Shown here piece by piece: positions 56,904-64,000 of a DNA stretch of 64,000 nt (positions are counted from its first letter, which is position 1; every line of letters starts with the position of its first letter). The position numbers were made by a program, and so were the translations under genes. Source of the stretch: Anaerolineae bacterium. GTDB taxonomy: Bacteria; Chloroflexota; Anaerolineae; B4-G1; DUEL01. The stretch is taken from positions 1-64,000 of the forward strand of contig JBDOIF010000154.1 of NCBI GenBank assembly GCA_041082215.1, read 5' to 3'. A model generated the notes under the pieces. That model ran no database searches, was not told where the DNA came from, and worked only from the letters and a program-made list of their open reading frames with translations.

Positions 56904-58097
56904 GTGAGTGAAAACATTGTGGCGAAGCTCATCAGCCAGCACGCCGTCGTCCATTACGCCGAGATCGGCCTCAAGGGGCGGAACCGCCCCTTCTTCGAAC
57001 GGGCCCTGGCGCAGAACATCTCCCGCCGGCTGGAAGGGCTGGGGCTGAAACCGGAGAGGGTGGAGCGGCTCTCCGGCCGCATGCTTGTCCACCTGGGCCG
57101 TCCGCTGGCCGGAGCGGCCTGGACCGAGGCGCTGGGGACGGTGTTCGGGATCGCCTATTTCTCCCCCGCCTTCCTGGTGGACCGGGAGATGGAGGCTATC
57201 CGCGCCGCCCTCCTTAAACACCTGCCGGATGGACCGGTGGCCTCCTTCCGCATCCGCGCCGCCCGGGACGATAAGTCCTTCCCCCTCACCTCCCCTGAGA
57301 TCGCACGGGAGCTGGGGGCAGTGGTCCAGGGACGGACAGGCTGGCCGGTCAACCTGAAGGGCGCGGAACTGACGATCGGGGTGGAGGTGCTCCGCGACCG
57401 GGTTATCCTCTCCTTCGGCCATCTGCCGGGGCCGGGCGGGCTGCCGGTGGGGACGAGCGGGCGGGTGGGGCTGATGCTCTCCGGCGGGATTGACTCCCCT
57501 GTCGCCGGTTTCCTTGCGCTGAAACGGGGATGCCGGGTCATCCCCATCCATTTCCACAGCCGCCCCTTCGGCAACTGGATGGGTTCGGAGGCGCGAGCGC
57601 GGGAGATCGTGCGGACGATGCGGGCCTACGGCATCGAACCCTACCTGTACGTCGTGCCCATCGGCCGCCAGCAGCGGGAGATCGCCGTCCGCGCCCCCGT
57701 CGCCTACCGCGTCATCCTCTACCGCCGCCTGATGGTCCGTGTGGCCGAGACGATCACCCGCCGGGAGGGCGGCAAGGCCCTCTTCACCGGCGAGTCGCTG
57801 GGCCAGGTGGCCTCCCAGACCCTGGAAAGCCTGAGTGTGGTGGAGGAGGCGGTGGGGATGCCGGTGCTCCGTCCCCTGATCGGGATGGATAAGAAAGAGA
57901 TCATCGCCCTGGCAGAGCGGATCGGCACGTTCCCCATCTCCCAGATGGAAGGGGACGATTGCTGCCAGTTCCTGATGCCCAGCCGGGTGGTCACCCACCC
58001 GCACCTCCAGGCGGTGCGGGAGGCAGAGGTGGCCGTGGAGATGGACCGGCTGGTGGAGGAAGCGTTGACGCGGGCAGGGCGGGTGAGCGTCGCTTAG
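56904..58097 (+). CDS. thiI: tRNA 4-thiouridine synthase (THUMP + PP-loop, no rhodanese)
   Basis: EIGLKG.NR..FE, GGLPVG, LSGGIDSPVA, GESLGQVASQT, DDCC. Confidence 0.94.
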   Translation: MSENIVAKLISQHAVVHYAEIGLKGRNRPFFERALAQNISRRLEGLGLKPERVERLSGRMLVHLGRPLAGAAWTEALGTVFGIAYFSPAFLVDREMEAIRAALLKHLPDGPVASFRIRAARDDKSFPLTSPEIARELGAVVQGRTGWPVNLKGAELTIGVEVLRDRVILSFGHLPGPGGLPVGTSGRVGLMLSGGIDSPVAGFLALKRGCRVIPIHFHSRPFGNWMGSEARAREIVRTMRAYGIEPYLYVVPIGRQQREIAVRAPVAYRVILYRRLMVRVAETITRREGGKALFTGESLGQVASQTLESLSVVEEAVGMPVLRPLIGMDKKEIIALAERIGTFPISQMEGDDCCQFLMPSRVVTHPHLQAVREAEVAVEMDRLVEEALTRAGRVSVA

Positions 58098-58111
58098 CAC
58101 AGGGGCGAGGC

Positions 58112-58145
58112 AAAAAGGCCCCGGAGGGGATATCCTCCGGGGCCT
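58112..58145 (-). terminator. Intrinsic terminator of aor (possibly bidirectional)
   Basis: 12-bp stem AGGCCCCGGAGG/CCTCCGGGGCCT with a T-run on the minus strand. Confidence 0.8.
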
Positions 58146-58233
58146 GCGGTTGCAGACCGGCCTTCCCGCCGCGGCCGGTGTCCATTGCCACCGTCAGCGC
58201 GCCGCCGGCCTCAGGTGCTTATTCTGGGGAGTC

Positions 58234-59973
58234 CTACCACCACACGGCGTCCAGTTCCGCGTCCGGCACGTCCCAGACGACGTTGTGGGGCGGCAGCTTC
58301 TCGTACTTCATGAACTCGGGCACCCGATCGTGGACCTTGGTGAAGCCAGCCGCCCGGTTGAAGGCCAGCTCTTTCTCCATGATCTCCTTGCCGATGCGAG
58401 CCGCGTCATCCGCCGTCCAGTTCGCCCCCAAGACGCCCGCGCATTCCTCCACCATCCCCTCATAGCCGCTGGGGATATCGAGGATGGCGAAGGCGATGAA
58501 GAGGCAGTGGCCGGTGGAGTCAATGAAGGCGGTGGCAATCTGGAAGTTGCGGGAGAGGTCCGCCTTCTTGATCTCAAACTGGTCCACCTTGCCGCTGACG
58601 CCCAGGATCTCCGGGGCGATGGTGTAGCCGGCGGTGTGGTCGGCGCCCATTGTGGAGGTGGCGTAAGTGACGCCGATGCCCTTGACGGCGCGCGGCTCGT
58701 AGGCGGGCATGTTCTGGCCCTTCACGCCGGGGACGCGGTGCCAGCCGAAGGCCCGGCCGGTCGTGGCGGCGCCGTTGCCCAGGATGCGGCCCAGCGGCGT
58801 GCCTTTGCGGATCTCCTCGTCCAGCAGCCGGATGGCTCCCTTCCAGTCCCCGAAGGGCAGGAGTCCGGCGTCCATCGCCACCGCCAGCGTGCCCCCGGTC
58901 TCAATGGTGTCAATGCCGATATCGTTGCAGAGCCAGGTCAGTTTGCCGATGGCCTCCAGGTTGTCAATGCCACAGTTAGCTCCCAGCGCCCAGGTGGTCT
59001 CGTACTCAATGCAGGAGACAATTTCGTTCCCCTGCTCGTCGTAGTACGTATTGGAGCACTGGATAACGCAGCCGGGGTGGCAGGCGTGGTTGTAGAGCTC
59101 CTTGCCCAGCCGCTTCTTGTTGTTCTCGAAGATGGCCTCACCAGAGGTCGCCGCGGCGCCCTCAAAGCGGCCCTGGCGGAAGTTGCGGGTGGGGTAGCCG
59201 CCTGCCTCGTTGAGGATATTGACCAGGATGGCGGTGCCATAGGTGTTCAGGCCGCCCTTGGGCTTGGTGATGTCGTGCTGGCGGAGGGCCTCCAGCATCT
59301 TCTTGCGCCCCTGCTCAAAGAGGTCGGGGTTGGCGATGTGCACGCCCGGCCCGCCTTCGGGGTCCACGATGATGAACTTGAGACCCTTGGAGCCCATCAC
59401 GGCACCCAGGCCGCCGCGCCCGGAGTAGCGGCTGGGCCGGCCGCTGGCATCGTTGAAGCAAATACCGGCCATTGCCATCCGGTACTCCCCGGCGACGCCG
59501 ATGGAGCAGATGTCCACCTTCTTGCCGAAGCGGTCGAAGAGGATCGGATAGACTTCGTAGAGGCTCCGTCCGGCGTACTCGTCGGCGGGGAAGAAGGTGG
59601 CGCCGTCTTTGGTGATGTGCAGCCCCCACCAGCCGCCGTCCTTGGGGAAGCCCTCCACGATGATGGCCTTGATCCCCAGTTTCGCTACCGACTGGGGCCA
59701 GGAGGAGCCGGCGTTGGACTCCTTGATGCCGCCGGTGAGGGGGGACTTACCGCCCACCGAGACGCGGCCAGAGGTCGGCGCGTTGGTGCCGGTGATGATG
59801 CCCGGAGCGAAGACCAGTTTGTTGTTGGGGCCGAGGGGATGGCAGGTGGGGTCCACCTCGTCGCAGACGATGGTGGACGTGAGACCGCGCCCGCCGAGGA
59901 ACTTATATTTATCGGGGACATCCTCATAGGTAGCGGTGCGGTCGGTCATATTGACGCGGAGAATCTTTGCCAT
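58234..59973 (-). CDS. aor: Aldehyde:ferredoxin oxidoreductase family (tungstopterin) enzyme
   Basis: LGGRGL, KSPLTGGIKESNAG, GRGGLGAVMGSK, C..GCVIQC, EYET, GADH; ATG 59973 after AAGGAGGT. Confidence 0.92.
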   Translation of the reverse strand: MAKILRVNMTDRTATYEDVPDKYKFLGGRGLTSTIVCDEVDPTCHPLGPNNKLVFAPGIITGTNAPTSGRVSVGGKSPLTGGIKESNAGSSWPQSVAKLGIKAIIVEGFPKDGGWWGLHITKDGATFFPADEYAGRSLYEVYPILFDRFGKKVDICSIGVAGEYRMAMAGICFNDASGRPSRYSGRGGLGAVMGSKGLKFIIVDPEGGPGVHIANPDLFEQGRKKMLEALRQHDITKPKGGLNTYGTAILVNILNEAGGYPTRNFRQGRFEGAAATSGEAIFENNKKRLGKELYNHACHPGCVIQCSNTYYDEQGNEIVSCIEYETTWALGANCGIDNLEAIGKLTWLCNDIGIDTIETGGTLAVAMDAGLLPFGDWKGAIRLLDEEIRKGTPLGRILGNGAATTGRAFGWHRVPGVKGQNMPAYEPRAVKGIGVTYATSTMGADHTAGYTIAPEILGVSGKVDQFEIKKADLSRNFQIATAFIDSTGHCLFIAFAILDIPSGYEGMVEECAGVLGANWTADDAARIGKEIMEKELAFNRAAGFTKVHDRVPEFMKYEKLPPHNVVWDVPDAELDAVWW

Positions 59974-60058
59974 CGAACACCTCCTTAGCTGATTGCGTGG
60001 AAACGAAACCGCCCAATACATGGAAAAGGAGGTCACGCCCGGCCTGCAGGGCCGGCGG

Positions 60059-60146
60059 ACCTCCTTTGCAAATGCGGCGGGCGTGGGGATTGCTCCCCAC
60101 ACCTTAACGCCCACCCGTCCCGGAGGGAGCGGAATGGGTCGGAGGT
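60059..60146 (-). promoter_or_regulatory. Moco/Tuco-like riboswitch aptamer upstream of aor
   Basis: P1 ACCUCC/GGAGGU; GNRA-capped stem GUGGGGA-GCAA-UCCCCAC; 3' GCCCGCCGCAUUUGCAAAGGAG resembles the Moco motif tail; short (88 nt). Confidence 0.65.
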
Positions 60147-60233
60147 AAAAGCCCTGTTATGGGAAAGCTGGTGGTTCTAACCTTATTTTTACCTCAAATC
60201 CCGGTTTGTGTCAAGTTCCCCTTTTCCACCGGA

Positions 60234-61415
60234 TCAGATAACTCCCAGCTCCCTGCCCACCCTGGCGAATTTCTCCAGGCCGTAGTTCAGGTCATCCTGG
60301 CTGAGCATTGCCGAGACCATCACCCGGATGCGGGCCTGGCCTCTGGGGACGGTGGGGAAGCCGATCGCCATAGCGAACACCCCCTCCTCGAAGAGGCGCC
60401 GGCTGAAGTCCTGGGCCAGCTTCGCCTCCCCCAGCATCACCGGCGTGATGGGGGTGACGCTGGTGCCGGTGTTGAAGCCCAGCCTTTTCATTTCTTCTTT
60501 GAAATAACGGGTGTTTTCCCAGAGGCGGTCCACCAGCTCTGTGGATTCGGAGAGGACCTCGACGGCGGCCATGCAGGCGGCGGTGTCGGTGGCGGTGACG
60601 GCGTTGGAAAAGAGGAAGGGGCGGGCTTTCTGTCGCAGGTAGTCCACCACGATCTTCTTACCCGCGATCACCCCGCCGACGACGCCGAAGGCCTTGGAGA
60701 AGGTGCCGATCTCCACGTCGAACCGGCCGTGGAGGCCGAAGTGGTCCACGATGCCGCGTCCCCCGCGGCCCAGCACCCCCTCGCCGTGGGCGTCGTCCAC
60801 CATCGTGATCAGCCCGTACCGCTCCGCCACTTCATAGATCCGGTCCAGGGGGGCCACATCGCCGTCCATCGAGAAGACGCCGTCGGTGATGACCATGCCG
60901 CGCCGGTAGCCGGGCAGGTGCTCTTTGACCTTGGCCTCCAGGTCCTCCGGGTCGCAGTGCTCGTAGACGATGATCCTGGCCCCGCTGAGGCGACAGCCGT
61001 CAATGATAGAGGCGTGGTTGAGCCGGTCGGAGAAGATCACATCCTCCCTACCCACCAGCGGTGGGATCGCGGCCTGGTTGGCGCAGAAGCCGGACTGGAC
61101 GTAGAGGGCGTCTTCCACCCCCTTGAACTCGGCGACCTTCTTCTCCAGTTCGATGTGGAGGGAGAGCGTGCCGGCGATCGAGCGGACCGCCGTCGGCCCT
61201 ACCCCGAACCGGTCCAGCGCCTCGTGGGCGGCTCTCACCAGACGGGGGTGGGTGGCCAGGCCCAGATAGTTATTCGTACAGAGGTTGAGCACCTTCTTGC
61301 CGTCCACCACCATCCAGGGGCCGGGCGGCGAGTCTATGGTGCGGAGGTGGATGAAGAGACCCGCTTCCTTCAACGCTGCTGTATCTTCCCGAATGAAGTC
61401 AAATTTATCTGCCAT
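60234..61415 (-). CDS. kbl: Glycine C-acetyltransferase (2-amino-3-ketobutyrate CoA ligase)
   Basis: [42 protein letters not shown]; downstream of tdh. Confidence 0.9.
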   Translation of the reverse strand: MADKFDFIREDTAALKEAGLFIHLRTIDSPPGPWMVVDGKKVLNLCTNNYLGLATHPRLVRAAHEALDRFGVGPTAVRSIAGTLSLHIELEKKVAEFKGVEDALYVQSGFCANQAAIPPLVGREDVIFSDRLNHASIIDGCRLSGARIIVYEHCDPEDLEAKVKEHLPGYRRGMVITDGVFSMDGDVAPLDRIYEVAERYGLITMVDDAHGEGVLGRGGRGIVDHFGLHGRFDVEIGTFSKAFGVVGGVIAGKKIVVDYLRQKARPFLFSNAVTATDTAACMAAVEVLSESTELVDRLWENTRYFKEEMKRLGFNTGTSVTPITPVMLGEAKLAQDFSRRLFEEGVFAMAIGFPTVPRGQARIRVMVSAMLSQDDLNYGLEKFARVGRELGVI

Positions 61416-61455
61416 TTATAGCTCCTTTCAACCTTAGAGTAAACAGCCTTGCCGG

Positions 61456-62433
61456 TTACAGCCTCCCTTCCGCAAACCTCTTTTCTAATTTCTGCAGCAT
61501 ATCCTCCACCATTGCCGCCAGATCATACTGAGGCGACCATCCCCACTCCTCCCGCGCTGCACTGTCATCAATGGTGCGTGGCCAGGAATCGGCGATTTCC
61601 TGACGGAAGTCAGGCTCAAATGTACAGACAAAATCCGGGATGTGCTTCTTGATCTCGGCAGCCAGCTCCCCAGCAGAGAAGCTCAGCCCCGCTAGGTTGA
61701 AGTCCGCGTGGTGCTTGAGCCGGGAGAGGTCGGCTTCCATCAGCATCATCGTCGCCCGGATGCAGTCGGGCATGTACATCATGGGCAGAACCGTGTCCTC
61801 CCGCACAAAACAGGTGTACCGCCTGTGCCGGATCGCTTCGTAAAAGATCTCAACCGCGTAATCGGTCGTGCCCCCACCGGGCGGGGTCTCGCTGCTGATG
61901 ATCCCCGGGTAGCGGACCCCCCGCACATCCAGACCGAAACGACGGAAATAGTAATTGCCCAGAAGCTCCCCGGTCACTTTGGTGATGCCGTACATCGTCG
62001 TTGGCCGCAGGATTGTCTCCTGAGGGGTGTTCTCCTTCGGCGTCTCCGGCCCAAAGGCGGCGATGGAGCTGGGGCAGAAGACGCGCACCATTCCCCGCTC
62101 CCGCGCCACCTCCAGGACGTTGTACAGGCCATTGATGTTGACATTCCAGGCCAGGTGGGGATTCTGTTCACCGGTGGCCGAGAGGATGGCGGCCATATGG
62201 TAGACGGTGTCAATATCGTATCTGTCCACCACCGCCTCAATGGCCTCCCGCCGGGTCACGTCAATGAACTCAAACGGACCCGAGTCCCGCAGCGCCGGAG
62301 GGGGCTGTGTCCTGTGGCCGGCAGCGACGACGTTCTCGCCCCCATATCGTTCCCGCAGCGCCAGGGTCAATTCCGAGCCGATCTGACCACAGGCACCGGT
62401 GACAAGAATGCGCTTCATCTCACGTGTGGACAT
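61456..62433 (-). CDS. tdh: L-threonine 3-dehydrogenase (extended SDR type)
   Basis: TGACGQIG, LSATGE, PSSIAAFG, YGITK, PGGGTTDYAV, MMYMPD. Confidence 0.88.
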   Translation of the reverse strand: MSTREMKRILVTGACGQIGSELTLALRERYGGENVVAAGHRTQPPPALRDSGPFEFIDVTRREAIEAVVDRYDIDTVYHMAAILSATGEQNPHLAWNVNINGLYNVLEVARERGMVRVFCPSSIAAFGPETPKENTPQETILRPTTMYGITKVTGELLGNYYFRRFGLDVRGVRYPGIISSETPPGGGTTDYAVEIFYEAIRHRRYTCFVREDTVLPMMYMPDCIRATMMLMEADLSRLKHHADFNLAGLSFSAGELAAEIKKHIPDFVCTFEPDFRQEIADSWPRTIDDSAAREEWGWSPQYDLAAMVEDMLQKLEKRFAEGRL

Positions 62434-62476
62434 GGTCTCACTCCTTATTGCTAGCGACTTGTTGCTGGCTGCCTGC

Positions 62477-63592
62477 TCAGTGCTGGGGGCATCCCAACTG
62501 CCCGCGCATCTGTCCTGCCTGCTCTGCCCATTCAGAGGGTGGGGAGAGGGCCAGGAAGTGGTCAAGGGCACTGCAAGCCTCCTCCCCCCGCCCCAGCATC
62601 GCATATGCCTGCCCCAGCGCAAACCACGCCTCCGGCGAATCGGGCTCCTGCTCCAGCGCCTGATTCAGGGGATCCAGCGCGGCTGCCGGGTTCCCCTCAA
62701 CCAGATGGAGGTTCCCCAGCCCGATGAGCGGCTCCGGCATGCCGGGGCATAGCTCCAGCGCTGCCTCGAACTCCGCCTGGGCCTTCCTCAACCCGTCGGC
62801 GTCGGGCACGCCGACCGGCGTCTCGGGGAGCGCCCGGGCCAGATAGACTGCGCCGAGCTGGTAGTGGGAAAGGGGATCATCGGGGTCCCCCTCCACAGCC
62901 GCCCGCAGGTCCTCCAGCGCGCGGTCCATATCCCCGAGCCGGTAGGCGACGGCGCCCCGGTTGTGGCGGGCCGCCACGTTATCGGGGTCCAGCCGAAGCA
63001 CGGCGTCGAACTCCTGAAGGGCCAGCTCCAGCCGGCCTTGCTCCGCATACATCTGCCCCAACCAGAAATGGGCCAGCCTGTGCTCGGGGTCCATCGTCAC
63101 CGCACTCTGGAAGGACTGGAGGGCCTGCTCAACCCGGCCCAGCTCGTAATAGGCCCGGCCGAGCCAGAAGTGGGCGTCGGCGTCGCCAGGAGTGGCTCGA
63201 GCGACGGATTCCAGCACAGAGAGCGCCTGATCCCGCGCTTCCCCGTCCCCCTTCCCGGCATAGACCTTGAGGAGCCAGAAGCGGCCCTCCGGCCCTCCCC
63301 GGCCTGCCGCCACCGCCGCCTCCAGGTCGGAAAGGACACGGGCAGCCCCCTCTCCATCTCCGCTGCGGCTGTGGGCCTCGTAGAGCCAGTAGTACGCTTC
63401 CACCAGGTCCGCATCCGCTGCCAGCGCCTTTTCCAGGTCGGCAATCGCCTCGGCGTACCGGTCCGCCCCGGAACAACTGCTGGCCTCCACAAGCCGCCGC
63501 CCGCTGCGCAACAGATCAACCCCGGTCCCCTCGGGGCGACAGGCGATCAGAAAGGTCAGAAGGGCTGCAAGGACAAACCACCGGCGTCCCAC
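62477..63592 (-). CDS. TPR-repeat lipoprotein
   Basis: Lipobox LIAC and multiple A.F.LG..Y...G...A repeats. Confidence 0.85.
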   Translation of the reverse strand: MGRRWFVLAALLTFLIACRPEGTGVDLLRSGRRLVEASSCSGADRYAEAIADLEKALAADADLVEAYYWLYEAHSRSGDGEGAARVLSDLEAAVAAGRGGPEGRFWLLKVYAGKGDGEARDQALSVLESVARATPGDADAHFWLGRAYYELGRVEQALQSFQSAVTMDPEHRLAHFWLGQMYAEQGRLELALQEFDAVLRLDPDNVAARHNRGAVAYRLGDMDRALEDLRAAVEGDPDDPLSHYQLGAVYLARALPETPVGVPDADGLRKAQAEFEAALELCPGMPEPLIGLGNLHLVEGNPAAALDPLNQALEQEPDSPEAWFALGQAYAMLGRGEEACSALDHFLALSPPSEWAEQAGQMRGQLGCPQH

Positions 63593-63601
63593 GTTTCCCT
63601 C

Positions 63602-64000
63602 CTATATCAGGCGAGGGGCCAGCACCACGATCTCCGTCTCCTCAGGCAGATGGCCCGGGCTGACCTTCAGGCTCTCTTTGGGCTCGATGTCCTCGATCCC
63701 CATCTCTTTGAGAAAGCGGTTCAGCGTCCCCAGCCGGATGTTCAGGCCGGGGAGCTTGTAGCGCATCGGGATGATGATGGAAGGTTCCAGCAGGCTGGCC
63801 ACCTCCGAGGCCTGGGCAGGCGTCAGTCCCCCATCGCCGCCCACAGGGACCAGCAACACGTCCACCGTGCCCAGCGCTTCGATCTGCGCCTGAGCAGGGA
63901 CGTGGCCCAGGTACCCCAGGTGGCATACGGTCAGGCCGTCGTAGTCGAAATGGAAGATCGTGTTGAGGCCGCGGGCTGCCCCCTTTTTCGCATCCGCATA
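63602..64000 (-). CDS. MBL-fold metallo-hydrolase (UlaG-like), 5' end outside the window
   Basis: Manual translation ...GLNTIFHFDYDGLTVCHLGYLGH...VDVLLVPVGG...IIPMRY. Confidence 0.8.
   Translation of the reverse strand, partial: YADAKKGAARGLNTIFHFDYDGLTVCHLGYLGHVPAQAQIEALGTVDVLLVPVGGDGGLTPAQASEVASLLEPSIIIPMRYKLPGLNIRLGTLNRFLKEMGIEDIEPKESLKVSPGHLPEETEIVVLAPRLI

Overview
High-GC bacterial window. The gene content points to Chloroflexota, most likely Anaerolineae (inference from multi-domain GT-C glycosyltransferases, C-terminal YLP-type motifs, FakA/FakB and a tungsten AOR). Most of it is core genome: an envelope glycosylation cluster (GT2, AlkP, GT39, PTPS-related), surE, glgP, murA, glpK, priA, rplY, rpe, rpmB, fakA-fakB-fakB-recG-coaD, rpmF-fabD-fabG-asp23-nusB, metG, rpoD, thiI, aor and kbl-tdh. 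No CRISPR array, tRNA, rRNA or transposase was seen. The most interesting signals are non-coding or very small. (1) An unannotated 22-codon ORF with three consecutive Met codons lies 1 nt after the rpoD stop and is followed by mutually exclusive antiterminator/terminator hairpins before metG: a candidate methionine-sensing ribosome-mediated attenuator. (2) A Moco/Tuco-like riboswitch sits upstream of aor with an unusual expression platform. (3) A probable 6S RNA is transcribed divergently from the rpoD operon and may be interrupted by a REP. (4) Two MITE-like elements have TIRs and target-site duplications. (5) REP palindromes and 7-8 nt tandem repeats are inserted in frame in priA and other genes. 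(6) One ORF is a MalT-NTPase/beta-helix chimera. (7) There is an ArcE/cDPGS-family ligase. All calls are by eye; no searches were run.
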